From an uncultured Chloroflexia bacterium (lineage in GTDB: Bacteria > Chloroflexota > Limnocylindria > Limnocylindrales > CSP1-4), in the NCBI GenBank assembly GCA_963757765.1, contig CAVWSL010000015.1:1392553-1456552 (forward strand): a stretch of DNA of 64,000 nucleotides, given 5' to 3'. Position 1 is the first letter of the stretch; each line of letters starts with the position of its first letter. Below are positions 30,459 to 41,404 of the stretch, piece after piece. The notes under the pieces were generated by a model that saw nothing but the letters and a program-made list of their open reading frames with translations, was not told the origin of the DNA and ran no database searches. The translations under genes and the position numbers were made by a program.

Positions 30459-32828
30459 TCATCCCGGCCAGACCCAATCGCGGATCTCGGCCGGATCCTC
30501 CCCTGTCTCGTAGGCACAGGCACGGGCGAGCCGGCGCCGGTCGACCATCGCCTGGCGCAGCTCAGCCGCACGGGTCCCCAGACCGGGCACTCGGTCGATG
30601 ACATCGATGACCAGCCGGAAGCGGTCCAGATCGTTGCGCATGGCCATGTCGAAGGGCGTCGTCACGGTCCCCTCCTCCTTGTAGCCGCGGACGTGGAGGT
30701 TCTCGTGGTTGCGTCGCCGATAGGTGAGCCGATGGATGAGCCAGGGATAGCCGTGATACGCGAAGATCACCGGCCGGTCGGGTGTGAACAACGCATCGAA
30801 CTCGGCGTCGGGCATCCCGTGGGGGTGCTCCGAGGCGGGCTGGAGGCGCATCAGGTCGACCACGTTGACGACCCGGACCCGCAGGCCGGGGAGGGCCTGG
30901 CGGATGATGTCCACGGCCGCGAGCGTCTCGAGCGTGGGCGTGTCACCCGCACAGGCCATGACCACGTCCGGCTCGCCGTCGTCGTTGCTCGCCCAGTCCC
31001 AGAGGCCGATACCGCGAGCGCAATGGAGGACCGCCTGGTCCATGGTCAGGAAGTCGAGGGCCGGCTGCTTGCCGGCCACGATGACGTTGACGTAGTGCCG
31101 ACTGCGCAGGCAGTGGTCCATCACCGACAGCAGCGTGTTCGCATCCGGCGGCAGGTAGACCCGGATGACCTCCGACTTCTTGTTCACGACGTGGTCGATG
31201 AAACCCGGATCCTGGTGGCTGAAGCCGTTGTGGTCCTGGCGCCACACATGGCTCGTGAGCAGGTAGTTCAGCGACGCGATGGGCAGCCGCCAGCCGATCT
31301 CCCGGGTGGTCTTGAGCCATTTGGCGTGCTGGTTGAACATCGAGTCGATGATGTGGATGAAGGCCTCGTAGCAGTCGAAGAGGCCGTGGCGTCCGGTCAG
31401 CAGGTACCCCTCGAGCCAGCCCTGGCAGAGGTGCTCGGAGAGGATCTCCATCACCCGGCCCGCTCGTGCCAGGTGGTCGTCGGTGGGCAGGATCTGGGCC
31501 GCCCAGACGCGGTCGGTGACCTCGAACACGGAGCCCAGCCGATTCGACGCGGTCTCATCCGGCCCGAAGATGCGGAAGGTCGTCGGGTTGGCGCTGATGA
31601 CGTCACGGAGGAAGGTGCCCGTGACGCGGGTCGCCTCGCTGGACGTGGCCGCCGGGCGAGGCACCTCCACCGCATAGTCCCGGAAGTCCGGCAATGCCAG
31701 GTCCCGCAGGACGCGCCCGCCGTTCGCCTTGGGGTTGGCACTCATCCGCCGGTCGCCCAGGGGCGCCAGCGCCTCGATGGCCGGCATCGGTCGGCCCTGC
31801 TCGTCGAACAGCTCGTCCGGGTGATAGCTCCGCAACCATGCCTCGAGGATGGCCATATGCTCCGGTCGCCCGCGGACGTCGTTGAGGGGCACCTGGTGGG
31901 ACCGGAAGCTCCCCTCGGTGGGCAGACCATCGACCTCCTTGGGCCCGGTCCAGCCCTTCGGGGAGCGGAGGATGATCATCGGCCACGCCGGACGCTCGTT
32001 GCTGCTCCCGGTCCGGGCGAGCCGCTGGATGGTGGCGATGTCGTTGAGCGCCTCGTCCATGGCCGCGGCCATGAGCTGGTGCATCGCGGCCGGGTGGTCT
32101 CCTTCCACGAACAGCGGCCGATACCCGTAGCCCTCGAAGAGCGCTCGCAGCTCCCGATGCGGGATCCGCGCGAGGACCGTCGGGTTGGAGATCTTGTAGC
32201 CGTTGAGGTGGAGGATGGGCAACACGGCCCCGTCGTGGACCGGGTCGACGAATCGTGTCGAGTTCCAGCTGGTCGCCAGCGGTCCGGTCTCCGCCTCGCC
32301 GTCGCCGACGACACAGAAGACGACCAGGCCCGGATCATCGAACGCGGCCCCATGGGCATGTGCGAGCGAATACCCGAGCTCGCCGCCCTCATGGATCGAC
32401 CCCGGCACCTCGGGTGTCACGTGGCTCCCGATGCCACCCGGGAACGAGAACTGGGCGAAGAGGCGACGCATGCCACCCTCGTCCGCCGACACGTTGGGAT
32501 AGACCTCCGACCAGGTGCCCTCCAGCCAGGTGTTCGCGACGATCGCCGGCCCGCCATGCCCGGGACCGGTCACGAACAACGCGTCGAGGTCACGTTCCTG
32601 GATGACCCGGTTGGCATGCGCCCACATGAAGTTGAGACCGGGGGTCGTGCCCCAGTGACCGAGCAGCCGTGGCTTGATGTCCTCAGCCTCGAGCGGCCTG
32701 CGCAGGAGTGGGTTGTCGAGGAGATAGATCTGGCCTACGGACAGATAGTTCGCGGCGCGCCACCAAGCGTCGATGGCATCGCACTGCTCGACCGAGAGCG
32801 GTCCGTCGTGGGGTTGTGGAGTGTCCAT
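30459..32828 (-). CDS. xfp: Phosphoketolase (xylulose-5-P/fructose-6-P phosphoketolase, TPP-dependent)
   Basis: About 790 aa with the XFP N-terminal signature …[19 protein letters not shown]… and a TPP-binding region. Start set at internal Met 32828 (the ORF extends to 32921). It lies 26 nt upstream of ackA. Confidence 0.9.
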   Translation of the reverse strand: MDTPQPHDGPLSVEQCDAIDAWWRAANYLSVGQIYLLDNPLLRRPLEAEDIKPRLLGHWGTTPGLNFMWAHANRVIQERDLDALFVTGPGHGGPAIVANTWLEGTWSEVYPNVSADEGGMRRLFAQFSFPGGIGSHVTPEVPGSIHEGGELGYSLAHAHGAAFDDPGLVVFCVVGDGEAETGPLATSWNSTRFVDPVHDGAVLPILHLNGYKISNPTVLARIPHRELRALFEGYGYRPLFVEGDHPAAMHQLMAAAMDEALNDIATIQRLARTGSSNERPAWPMIILRSPKGWTGPKEVDGLPTEGSFRSHQVPLNDVRGRPEHMAILEAWLRSYHPDELFDEQGRPMPAIEALAPLGDRRMSANPKANGGRVLRDLALPDFRDYAVEVPRPAATSSEATRVTGTFLRDVISANPTTFRIFGPDETASNRLGSVFEVTDRVWAAQILPTDDHLARAGRVMEILSEHLCQGWLEGYLLTGRHGLFDCYEAFIHIIDSMFNQHAKWLKTTREIGWRLPIASLNYLLTSHVWRQDHNGFSHQDPGFIDHVVNKKSEVIRVYLPPDANTLLSVMDHCLRSRHYVNVIVAGKQPALDFLTMDQAVLHCARGIGLWDWASNDDGEPDVVMACAGDTPTLETLAAVDIIRQALPGLRVRVVNVVDLMRLQPASEHPHGMPDAEFDALFTPDRPVIFAYHGYPWLIHRLTYRRRNHENLHVRGYKEEGTVTTPFDMAMRNDLDRFRLVIDVIDRVPGLGTRAAELRQAMVDRRRLARACAYETGEDPAEIRDWVWPG

Positions 32829-32962
32829 GGGATGTGCAGCGACCACGGGATGCCTCCAGGGCTGGGGTGTGCTCCGAGGGTACCGCGCGCCGGACCCCCA
32901 TGCTGCCCCAGCGTGACGCACCGGGGCTGATCAGCGCTCGGACGTGACCGCCTGATCGCCCG

Positions 32963-33556
32963 TCACCACCCGGCCGTCGAGCGGCCTCCGTTCTGCCGCG
33001 CGAGCCATGCCCGGGCCATCCGGTGCACGGACTCGTCGACGAGTGCGTCTGCCACCAGGTCCTCGATGGGCATCCAGCGCAGGTCGAATGACTCCGCGCT
33101 GACCACGAAGCGCTCGTCATCGATGGCTCGGACCACGTACCGCACGTCGTAATGGTGATGGGCGGGCACGCCGCCGTGGGCCGGGATCACATGGCGATCG
33201 ATGTCGAAGATGGTGGGCTCCACGACCAGGCCTGGGATGCCCGACTCCTCGACCGCCTCACGCAACGCCACACCGCGGAGATCGTGGTCACCATCCGCAT
33301 GCCCACCAGGCTGGACCCACAGACCGAGCGTCCGGTGGTGGGTCAGCAGCGCTCGTCGGCCGTCGACGCTGACCAGCCACGCGGATCCGGTCAGGTGGCC
33401 ATCCGCGTACTCGTCCCGTTCGAAGGCACGTGGGCGCGTCGAGAGCAGCCGTACGAACGCTGTCGCGACCGCCACCCGACCGGTCGCCCGACCGCACGCT
33501 TCCAGCTGGTCCGTGAAGGAACGGGCCGGGCTGCTGGCGTCATCGTCGCCCGTCAT
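32963..33556 (-). CDS. NUDIX hydrolase
   Basis: Nudix box …GGHADGDHDLRGVALREAVEESGI… Internal Met start lies 3 nt after the stop of the upstream gene. Confidence 0.75.
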   Translation of the reverse strand: MTGDDDASSPARSFTDQLEACGRATGRVAVATAFVRLLSTRPRAFERDEYADGHLTGSAWLVSVDGRRALLTHHRTLGLWVQPGGHADGDHDLRGVALREAVEESGIPGLVVEPTIFDIDRHVIPAHGGVPAHHHYDVRYVVRAIDDERFVVSAESFDLRWMPIEDLVADALVDESVHRMARAWLARQNGGRSTAGW

Positions 33557-33561
33557 GGGCG

Positions 33562-35292
33562 CTACCGGAGCAGCACCCCGAAGGTGAGCTTCGGCGCTCC
33601 CTCCTTGCCGGACAGCGTGAGCTTGGTACCGTCCGTGGACGACTTCCAGGTCGTCACCTGGGCCATCGCGGACAGGAAGTTGGCCTCGACCGCGGTCGCC
33701 AGGTCGCCGCACAGCTTCTGGGTCATGGACAGCGTGCCGATCGCGATGGTGCTGCCGTCCAGCTTGTAGCTGGCGGTGTACGTATTGCAGCCTGCGAATC
33801 CGCTGATGTTGCCCGATGCGAATGCCGCGGTCGGGGTCTCGGGCACCACCGGCACATCGATGACGTCGCCGCTGCCATCGTCATAGCGAACGAGGATCCA
33901 GCTGGTCGCGTTCAACGCGTCGCTGGGTGACGCGGTCGGCTTCGGTGTCGGCTTCGGTGTCGGCTTCGCGGTCGGCTTCGGTGTCGGCTTCGCGGTCGGC
34001 TTCGCGGTCGGCTTGGGTGTCGGCTTCGGCGTCGGCTTGGGGGTTGGGCTTGGCGTCGGCTCGGGACCCCGCGAGACCTTGTAGTCCACGGCAGTCCCCC
34101 GCTGCACGATGACTCCAGCCTTGGGGTCGGTGCTCAGGACATCCCCGGCCGGGACCTTGGCATCGTACTTGCGGGTCTTCGCACCGGCGGTCAGGCCTGC
34201 TGCGCCGATCTGGACCAGGGCGTCAGCCTCTGCGTCACCAACGACGTTCGGCACGGCGACCGTGGCGGGCGTCGGCTTCGCGGTGGGCTTGGCAGTCGGC
34301 GGCGGTGTCGGTGTCGGTGTCGGTGTCGGCGGCGGTGTCGGTGTCGGTGTGGGCGGCGCGCTGGGGCTCGGCAGGGGCACCGCGTTGGGGTCCGGCACGA
34401 GCGACATGATGGCGACACCGGTCGCGTCGTAGAGCGTGAGGCCGGACGCATCGAGCGTCCATGTCGTGGCGCCTTCCAGACCGGCCAGGAACTCGGCCTC
34501 CTGGCTCGCGATCTCTGGTGTGGGACATGCGGCACGTGTCGTGCCGAGTGGCCCGATGGCGATGGCGTTCCCCGCGACCGCGTACTGCCCGAACAGGTCG
34601 TTGCAGCCGGTGGTACCTGTCAGCACATCGTCCGCCCGGAACAGCAGGGTCAAGGCGCTGCTGCCGAGCGGCGTCAGGAGTGTGCCGGTGCCATCGGTGA
34701 TGCCAGTGACCAACCAGCCGCCGATGATGGGCACCCGCACCGTGGCGGTGTAGACCAGGACCGGACGACCTGCGGCATCCACGAGCGACAGTGTCGAGCC
34801 CACCAGGGTGAAGCTGGTGACCGAGGCGATGGCTGCGAGATAGGCCGTCTCGAACGCAGCCAGCCCGGCGGTACAGCTCGCCGGTGGATAGGTGACGCCC
34901 ACCTGGCCGAAGGTGATGACATCGCCTGCAGTCGCGTATTGCGCGAAGTAATCGTCGCAGCCGTCGTTACCGACCGCGAGACCGTCGTGGAGCACCAGGG
35001 TGACCACGGGCGCGTCGATCAGCACAGCGGCCAGCCCGACGGACGTCGGGACATCGAGGAGCCAGCGCGTCCCCGTTAGGGTCGGCGCGGCCGGCAGCGC
35101 CGAGGGACCCGGTGCGGCGGAGGAGCTGGGCACCGCCGACGGAGCCGGTGACTGGGCGACGGTCGTCCCAGCCAGGAGCATCGACATCGAGGCCGCGAGC
35201 AGCGCGGCAAGCCTGGGACGGCGTCCCGGACGGTAGCGGCGGAGCACGTCGGCTCCCTGATCGGCCGGGATGGCCGCGGATACGAGCGACAT
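33562..35292 (-). CDS. Secreted META(HslJ-like)x3 / PASTA domain protein with PT- and PKPT-rich linkers
   Basis: Signal peptide (…[25 protein letters not shown]). Three META/DUF306-like modules carry GC(D/N)..F(A/G)QYA..G..I.(F/I)G.(V/L)…C…FL.A pattern (…[19 protein letters not shown]…, …[19 protein letters not shown]…, …[19 protein letters not shown]…). One PASTA-like module sits between PT/PKP linkers (…[63 protein letters not shown]). An alternative start is GTG 35247. Confidence 0.7.
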   Translation of the reverse strand: MSLVSAAIPADQGADVLRRYRPGRRPRLAALLAASMSMLLAGTTVAQSPAPSAVPSSSAAPGPSALPAAPTLTGTRWLLDVPTSVGLAAVLIDAPVVTLVLHDGLAVGNDGCDDYFAQYATAGDVITFGQVGVTYPPASCTAGLAAFETAYLAAIASVTSFTLVGSTLSLVDAAGRPVLVYTATVRVPIIGGWLVTGITDGTGTLLTPLGSSALTLLFRADDVLTGTTGCNDLFGQYAVAGNAIAIGPLGTTRAACPTPEIASQEAEFLAGLEGATTWTLDASGLTLYDATGVAIMSLVPDPNAVPLPSPSAPPTPTPTPPPTPTPTPTPPPTAKPTAKPTPATVAVPNVVGDAEADALVQIGAAGLTAGAKTRKYDAKVPAGDVLSTDPKAGVIVQRGTAVDYKVSRGPEPTPSPTPKPTPKPTPKPTAKPTAKPTPKPTAKPTPKPTPKPTASPSDALNATSWILVRYDDGSGDVIDVPVVPETPTAAFASGNISGFAGCNTYTASYKLDGSTIAIGTLSMTQKLCGDLATAVEANFLSAMAQVTTWKSSTDGTKLTLSGKEGAPKLTFGVLLR

Positions 35293-35449
35293 GGCTGACT
35301 CCCGGAACGTGACGACATTCGGATGTCGCGGCGCGAGCACCGCAGCAGAGACTATCGCGCGATCTGGCCGAGACCGTGTCCGGGTGTTGGCCGAAGTGTG
35401 CCTGGCACGCGCGGAGCGCCCCGTTCGGGCGTCATCATCCGGGTGTCGA

Positions 35450-35752
35450 CTACCGGAAACGGAAGCTCAGCCGCATCCGACGACGTGACTGCTGCGCGGA
35501 CAGCTCGGGTTCGGCCACCGCGACGTGCTTGTTGCGCCACGGGTCATGCGCATAGGTCACGTACAGGTCAGCGCCACGCCAGGACTCGTTCACGGGATAC
35601 CAGTCGTGGGCCGCGGCTTCCTGGGCGTCCTCTTCGAACCGTTCGCGGATCTGCGACGGATAGAGGCCTTCGTACACCTGGGTTCGCGGCGGGAACATGC
35701 TCCGCACGATGCCAGTCGATCGCGCGGTCGGGATAGGGCCCCAAAGAGCCAT
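35450..35752 (-). CDS. Hypothetical small protein (100 aa)
   Basis: This is the 3' end of the long antisense ORF 35450-36976. Only this part lies outside the DAHP synthase gene, and its third-position GC is moderate. It is co-directional with the downstream META/PASTA gene. Confidence 0.25.
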   Translation of the reverse strand: MALWGPIPTARSTGIVRSMFPPRTQVYEGLYPSQIRERFEEDAQEAAAHDWYPVNESWRGADLYVTYAHDPWRNKHVAVAEPELSAQQSRRRMRLSFRFR

Positions 35753-35863
35753 GCCGGGATGGGACCCCTCACTGATTGCGGCCCACCGTTGGCCCTTCGA
35801 GTAGCCTGTCGCGGCACAGGACGTCCCGGCGGCGGGCACGCGGAGCGATAGCACGAGGGTCGG

Positions 35864-36907
35864 ATGCTGGTGGCGATGTCGGTCGGAGCGACCGAACGGG
35901 AGATCGAGGAGGTCAAGGCGCACATCGCCTCGGAAGGTCTGACCGCACACGAAAGCAGGGGGATGGAGCGCGTCGTCATCGGCGTGGTGGGCGACGTCGC
36001 CGGGCGCAAGGAACGGGTGATGGGTCGGCTGTCGGCGCTGCCCGGCGTGGAATCGGTGACGCCCATCAGTCGCCCCTTCAAGCTCGCTTCTCGGGAGTTC
36101 CACCCCAGTGACACCATCGTCCGGGTACTGGGCACCGCGATCGGCGACGGGTCCCTGACACTCATGGCGGGGCCCTGCTCGGTGGAGAGCCGCGATCAGC
36201 TGCTGGAGACCGCGGATGCTGTGGTCGCGGCGGGCGCGACGGTGCTGCGCGGTGGCGCCTTCAAGCCCCGCACGAGCCCCTATTCGTTCCAGGGGCTGGG
36301 CCTCGAGGGCCTGCGATACCTCGCCGAGGCACGTGAGCGAACCGGACTGCCGGTCATCACCGAGGTCATGGAGCCGACGGACGTGCCCGTGGTCGCGGAG
36401 CACGCTGACATCCTCCAGGTCGGCACCCGCAACATGCAGAACTTCCCGCTGCTCACCGCGGTCGGCCGCGCCGGACGCCCCGTGATGCTCAAGCGGGGCC
36501 TCGCCGCGACCCTCGAGGAGTGGCTCATGTCGGCCGAGTACATCCTCTCGTCCGGCAACCCCGATGTCATCCTGTGCGAGCGGGGCATCCGGACGTTCGA
36601 TACCTGGACCCGCAACACGCTGGACCTGACCGCGGTGCCGATGCTCCACCACGTCACGCATCTGCCGGTCATCGTCGATCCCTCGCACGCGACCGGCAAG
36701 CGCTGGCTCGTGCGACCGATGGCCCTGGCGGGCGTCGCATCCGGAGCGGACGGCATCATGATGGAGGTCCACCCGCGGCCCGACGAGGCCTGGTCCGACG
36801 GCGAGCAGTCCCTGGACCTGGAGCAGATGCGGGCCCTGCTGCCGATGCTTCGGACGGTGCATGAGCAGGTGCGTGGCCTGGCTCGGGATCCTCTGGTGAG
36901 CCGCTGA
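35864..36907 (+). CDS. 3-deoxy-7-phosphoheptulonate (DAHP) synthase, type I-beta with N-terminal ferredoxin-like regulatory domain
   Basis: Core DAHPS/KDO8PS motifs …[10 protein letters not shown]…, …[17 protein letters not shown]…, …[12 protein letters not shown]…. The N-terminal ~80-aa domain is of the type seen in Thermotoga-type DAHPS. Confidence 0.88.
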   Translation: MLVAMSVGATEREIEEVKAHIASEGLTAHESRGMERVVIGVVGDVAGRKERVMGRLSALPGVESVTPISRPFKLASREFHPSDTIVRVLGTAIGDGSLTLMAGPCSVESRDQLLETADAVVAAGATVLRGGAFKPRTSPYSFQGLGLEGLRYLAEARERTGLPVITEVMEPTDVPVVAEHADILQVGTRNMQNFPLLTAVGRAGRPVMLKRGLAATLEEWLMSAEYILSSGNPDVILCERGIRTFDTWTRNTLDLTAVPMLHHVTHLPVIVDPSHATGKRWLVRPMALAGVASGADGIMMEVHPRPDEAWSDGEQSLDLEQMRALLPMLRTVHEQVRGLARDPLVSR

Positions 36908-36908
36908 C

Positions 36909-37865
36909 TCAGGCCGTGGTCGCGATGCGATCCCGCGGGGGCGTCGGTCGCTCCGATGTCGGCGTCCGGTGGGCACGCATGACCTCCACGGCGGTCAGCC
37001 ATGCCGTCGTCGCCTCGGGGCCCTGACCCGTCAGCGGTCCATCCGGGCCAAGACCGTCTCGGCAGGCACCGGTCGCCGGGTCGGCGATCGGCAGACCCCC
37101 GTCGTTGGCACCCAGGAACCATCCGTGGATGGCTTCCATGCCGGCGCGGAAACGGGGCGTACCTGTGGCGCGCCAGGCGGCGTCAGCCGCGAGCAACAGC
37201 GAGGTGGCGTCGGTCGGGCGCTGGTCGGATGTCGCCCGGGTACCGCCGCGCGGCCAGCCACCGGCATCTCCGACCAAGCTCAGATGTCCGTCCTCCGCGG
37301 TCTGGATCGTCAGCAGCCACTCCACGGCCCGGACACCCATCCGGAGCATCCGGGGATAGCCCAGTCGGGCCCCCCCGACGATGAGGGCGTGTGCCGGCAG
37401 CCCGTGCTCGCCGGTGAGCACGGGCTCTGGCCAGGGCCAGTCGAACGTCACGTCGCGGATCTCGAACGACTGACGGAGCCCGTTGCCGACGTCCTGGTAG
37501 ATCCGTGATGTCTCACCGATCGAACCACCTCGTTCGGCCGCATCACATGCCAGCAGCAGCGCCGCCCGTGGTCGCAGACCCGAGAGCTGGCTCGCGGTCG
37601 GCAGCGCCCGCTCGAAGAGGGCGAGGGCCTCGGTACGCTGTGGGCCATCCGGGCCGTCCGCGACGACGGTGCCCAGGGCCAGCAGCGCTCGGCCATTGGT
37701 GTCCTCGGAACCTGGCGCGTCCAGCCATACTCCGTCCGCGGACCTGAGGCTCCGGAATCGTCCCGCGGCCGCGTCGTATGCCTCGGCGAGGAATGCGAGG
37801 CCGCGGACGACGCTCGCCTCCACGGCCGGCCAGCCGAGCACGGGCGCCTGGAGCAGGTCCACCAT
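36909..37865 (-). CDS. Hypothetical protein, possibly (alpha/alpha)6-barrel glycosidase-like; N-terminus uncertain
   Basis: The first ATG downstream of the GT4 stop is 37865. High third-position GC continues upstream to 38156 with no start codon outside the GT4 gene. The protein may be longer (overlapping) or fused to the upstream GT4 via a frameshift. Confidence 0.4.
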   Translation of the reverse strand: MVDLLQAPVLGWPAVEASVVRGLAFLAEAYDAAAGRFRSLRSADGVWLDAPGSEDTNGRALLALGTVVADGPDGPQRTEALALFERALPTASQLSGLRPRAALLLACDAAERGGSIGETSRIYQDVGNGLRQSFEIRDVTFDWPWPEPVLTGEHGLPAHALIVGGARLGYPRMLRMGVRAVEWLLTIQTAEDGHLSLVGDAGGWPRGGTRATSDQRPTDATSLLLAADAAWRATGTPRFRAGMEAIHGWFLGANDGGLPIADPATGACRDGLGPDGPLTGQGPEATTAWLTAVEVMRAHRTPTSERPTPPRDRIATTA

Positions 37866-38001
37866 CAGGCCCCGGCAGATGTCATCCGTCGCATAGCTAT
37901 GCGACTGGCCCGGGGGCGTGCCCGGTGGGTGGCCCTGGAGGCCGACGCCATCGCCCAGCTCGTCGAGGTGGAGTCGGATCGCCGCGGGCAGCGCGGGTGC
38001 C

Positions 38002-39309
38002 TCAGGCACTGCGGACCGCGATCCGTGACGGTGCGCTCCGGGCCGGGTGAGCGGCAGCTTCGGCGAACCGCTCCGCGTACGCGCCACCGACCTGCGACCA
38101 GACCATGCTCCGGCCGTGGTCATATGCCAACCGGGACATGACCGCGCGCCGCTCATCGTCGAGCAGCAGCTCGACCACGGCCGCGGCGAGCGTGGCCGGG
38201 TCGGCGGCGGGGACGATCACGCCTCGACCGTCGGCGAGCATCTCAGCGGCGTGCGGCGATGGTGTCGAGACGACCGGTCGGCCGGCAGCCATGGCGTACG
38301 GCAGGGTGCCCGAGCCGATCCGGTCGGACGGCGGCGGGGTCGTGACCAGGATGTCGGCCGCCTCCAGCCATCGGCCGAGCTCCAGCCGTCCGACGAACTT
38401 GTCCACGAAGGTGACGTGCTCGGCGAGCTTGAGCTTCCTGACCATGGCGACGAGCCGGGTCCGGTAGGCGTCCCCATCGCTGAGGAGCAGGTCCGGATGG
38501 GTAGCGCCGAGGATGACATAGCGCGTCGAGGGCACCGCCCTGATGATCGCCGGCAGGGCCTCGAGCATCGTCTCGTACCCCTTGCTCGGTCCCAGCAGGC
38601 CGAATCCCAGGAGCACCTTGCGACCCGCCACGCCCACGGAAGGCTTGACGGTCTCGGCCTCCGTGAACGGCAGGTCGGGGACGCCCCGCGGGATGATGTG
38701 GACCCGAGCGGGATCGGCGCCGTAGATCTCCGTGACCGCATCGGCGGCGGCCCGCGACATGACCACGGTCGCGTGGGTCTGCCGCAGCAGCCCCTGCATG
38801 ACCCCCAACTGGGTTTCGCTCGGCTGGCCATGCAGAGTGTGCAACGTCGTCACGACGGGCAGGCTCAGCATGCCCACGAAGTCGAGCACGTGCGAGTCGT
38901 CCTCGCCTCCCCAGATACCGGTGTCGTGCTGGACGGACACCACGCCGGCACCACACCGGTTCACCCAGCGTGCCGCCTCGATGTGGTCCGCGCGCACGTC
39001 CCGCTGGATGACGCGATGGACCTCGGGTGGGTTCTTCTCCAGCTGACCCGGGGGCTGGAGCGCCACGATCTCGCACCGACCCACGGCCCGGACCAGGTCG
39101 GTCGTGAACGTGGCGATGCCGCAGTGTCGCGGGGCGTAGGTCGAGACGATGGCCGTCCGAAGCAATCGACGCTCTCCTGTCTGCCGCGCTCGGCGCGGCG
39201 TCAGGGCCCGACGCTCGGTCTGGGTTCGCTCCCCATGACCGTCGTGCGTCCCTGCGCTGATGCAGCCAGGACCCGGAGGTATCGCTGCCGCACGGGATCC
39301 GCCACGCAT
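38002..39309 (-). CDS. Glycosyltransferase family 4 (GT-B, 'glycosyl transferases group 1')
   Basis: C-terminal GT4 block …VILGATHPDL…LAEHVTFVDKFV…EAADILVTTP…GSGTLPYAMAAGRPVVSTP… The start is probably internal (near RLLRTAIVSTYAPRHCGIATFT). Confidence 0.8.
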   Translation of the reverse strand: MRGGSRAAAIPPGPGCISAGTHDGHGERTQTERRALTPRRARQTGERRLLRTAIVSTYAPRHCGIATFTTDLVRAVGRCEIVALQPPGQLEKNPPEVHRVIQRDVRADHIEAARWVNRCGAGVVSVQHDTGIWGGEDDSHVLDFVGMLSLPVVTTLHTLHGQPSETQLGVMQGLLRQTHATVVMSRAAADAVTEIYGADPARVHIIPRGVPDLPFTEAETVKPSVGVAGRKVLLGFGLLGPSKGYETMLEALPAIIRAVPSTRYVILGATHPDLLLSDGDAYRTRLVAMVRKLKLAEHVTFVDKFVGRLELGRWLEAADILVTTPPPSDRIGSGTLPYAMAAGRPVVSTPSPHAAEMLADGRGVIVPAADPATLAAAVVELLLDDERRAVMSRLAYDHGRSMVWSQVGGAYAERFAEAAAHPARSAPSRIAVRSA

Positions 39310-39578
39310 CGACGCTGTGCGTCGCCGTGGACCGCGGATACATGACCGTGCGCAGCCCCCACGGTGCGCCCGATCCCGATCCCTGTCAAACGCTGACCCG
39401 GATCTGCTCGTGCGGCCCCGGGCCGCTGGTCGTCATGGCCCTGCACGGCGGAGCGAGGCGACAGGCGACGGGATGCGCACCTCGAGTCGCTGTACGGCAC
39501 CCAGGATCCCGCCGGGGGAGGTGGTCTTCCGGTACGCTGCTGCCCTCCGCATCAACAAGCAGAAGGTTGGGTCGGGTC

Positions 39579-41342
39579 ATGGTTGACACACCAAAGACGA
39601 AGTCGGGCGCCAAGGGGTCGACGAAGGCTGCCGCCAAACCAGCTGCGACGAAGCCAGCGGCCACCGCCGCGAGTACGGCCAAGGCCGCAGGCAAGCCTGC
39701 CGCGACGAAGCAGGCTGCCGCCCAGCCAGTTGCGACGAAGCAGGCGGCGCCGCGACGTCCAGCGCCCAGGCCCACCGCTGCCAAGCCGGCCGCTGCCAAG
39801 CCGGCCGCTGCGAACGCGGCGCCCACGCCGGCCCACCGGTTCGTCGCGGTCCCGACCGTGCAGGTCGAGCCGATCGCCAGCCTCGTGCCGAGTCCGCGCG
39901 AGATGGACCAGGCCTCGGAGTACTCGGCTGCCTGGGCACCGGCGCCACCGTCGGGTGATGTCTGGACCGCGCGACCGTGGGTCCCGACCTCGGTTCGGCT
40001 GGATGAGGGCAAGGCGGTCCGGAAGCGGGTGCCCCGCACCAGCCATGCGGGCTTCGAGCTGGCCCCTGGGCGCGACCCCATCGCGATCCTGGAGGCGCAG
40101 GAGACGATCCGCCTCCAGGACCTGGTACCGCTCCGGCACCAGCGCATGTCCGAGTCGCCGTTCGCCTACTACCGCGGCACGCCAGCGGTGATGGCGTTCG
40201 ACCTCGCCTCGACGCCGCGCACGGACATCATCGTCCAGGCGAGCGGCGACGCCCACCTGTCGAATTTCGGCATCTTCGCGTCGCCCGAGCGGACGCTGGT
40301 GTTCGACGCGAACGACTTCGACGAGACCCTCCCGGCGCCCTGGGAGTGGGATGTCAAGCGGCTGGCGACCAGCATCGTCGTGGCCGGACGAGCGAATGGC
40401 TTCACAGCCGCGGCGAACCGGGCTGCCACCATGGCGACCGTCCGGGCCTACCGCCAGTGGATGACTCGCTATGCGTCGATGCGTCTCCTCGACGTGTGGT
40501 ATTCCGCGATCACCGAGGCAGACATCCGGGCGGCCGCGGAGACGGCCGCCGGCAGCATCGAGATCAAGGACATGGCCCGGGCCCGGACCCGGCTCGACAG
40601 CCTGTTCTCCAAGGCCCGCTCCAAGGATTCGCTCAGCGCGGCCGCTTCCCTGACGACGGTCGTCGAGGGGCGCCGGATGTTCATCGACCAGCCGCCGACG
40701 GTCCAGCACATCACGCTGGCGGATGGTCCCCAGGTGCTCGCCGAGGTCTTCGAGGCATACCGCGCCACGATGGCCGAGAGTCGGCGAGAGTTCCTGGAGC
40801 GCTACCGGTTCGGTGACTTCGCGCTCAAGGTGGTGGGGGTCGGCAGCGTCGGCACCGCCTGCTTCGTGTGCGTGCTCGAGGGTCGCGACGAGGATGATCC
40901 GCTCATCCTCCAGGCCAAGGAGGCGAACGCGTCGGTCCTGGAGGAGTTCGCCGGCGCCAGCGCGTTCCCGCAGCACGGCCAGCGGGTCGTGGTCGGGCAA
41001 CGACTGATGCAGGCGACCCCGGACATCTTCCTGGGATGGGCCAAGGGACCTGCGCGCGACTTCTACTTCCGGCAGCTGTGGGATATGAAGGGGTCGGTCG
41101 ACACCACCAAGCTGCTGCCGCCCGGACTCGCCTTCTATGGCGGCATCTGCGCCTGGGCGCTGGCCCGGGCGCACGCCCGCAGCGGCGACTCGGTCGCCAT
41201 CGCCTCGTACGCTGGAACCAGCGACACCCTCGATGGTGCCATCGCCGATTTCGCCGAGTCATACGCCGACCTCAACGAGCGGGACTACCAGGACTACCTC
41301 GCCGCCATCAAGGCTGGCAGGGTCTCGGTCCCGGCGGCCTGA
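39579..41342 (+). CDS. DUF2252-family protein with N-terminal histone-H1-like Ala/Lys/Pro-rich tail
   Basis: Met 39579 is preceded by GAAGG. Residues 1-90 are AKP repeats (KTKSGAKGSTKAAAKPAATKPAATAASTAKAAGKPAATKQAAAQPVATKQAAPRRPAPRPTAAKPAAAKPAAANAAP). The remainder matches the DUF2252 pattern (…GDAHLSNFGIFASPERTLVFDANDFDETLPAPWEWDVKRLATS…). Confidence 0.75.
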   Translation: MVDTPKTKSGAKGSTKAAAKPAATKPAATAASTAKAAGKPAATKQAAAQPVATKQAAPRRPAPRPTAAKPAAAKPAAANAAPTPAHRFVAVPTVQVEPIASLVPSPREMDQASEYSAAWAPAPPSGDVWTARPWVPTSVRLDEGKAVRKRVPRTSHAGFELAPGRDPIAILEAQETIRLQDLVPLRHQRMSESPFAYYRGTPAVMAFDLASTPRTDIIVQASGDAHLSNFGIFASPERTLVFDANDFDETLPAPWEWDVKRLATSIVVAGRANGFTAAANRAATMATVRAYRQWMTRYASMRLLDVWYSAITEADIRAAAETAAGSIEIKDMARARTRLDSLFSKARSKDSLSAAASLTTVVEGRRMFIDQPPTVQHITLADGPQVLAEVFEAYRATMAESRREFLERYRFGDFALKVVGVGSVGTACFVCVLEGRDEDDPLILQAKEANASVLEEFAGASAFPQHGQRVVVGQRLMQATPDIFLGWAKGPARDFYFRQLWDMKGSVDTTKLLPPGLAFYGGICAWALARAHARSGDSVAIASYAGTSDTLDGAIADFAESYADLNERDYQDYLAAIKAGRVSVPAA

Positions 41343-41346
41343 ATCG

Positions 41347-41369
41347 GCCCCGGATACACGGATCCGGGG
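41347..41369. terminator. Hairpin between convergent genes (putative bidirectional terminator)
   Basis: CCCCGGAT-ACACGG-ATCCGGGG is a perfect 8-bp stem with a 6-nt loop. It sits immediately after the DUF2252 stop and 36 bp from the DUF190 stop. Confidence 0.45.
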
Positions 41370-41404
41370 CTCCAGACCGGGTCACGCGGACACGGCAGGG
41401 CGCT

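Noticed and set aside
35450-36976. 508-aa minus ORF and 30447-32930 / 50818-53361 / 59391-62363 long antisense ORFs
   Set aside because: Each is the mirror frame of a strongly supported gene (DAHP synthase, phosphoketolase, cyclase-ATPase, Pat) and reads as Arg/Gly-rich low complexity.
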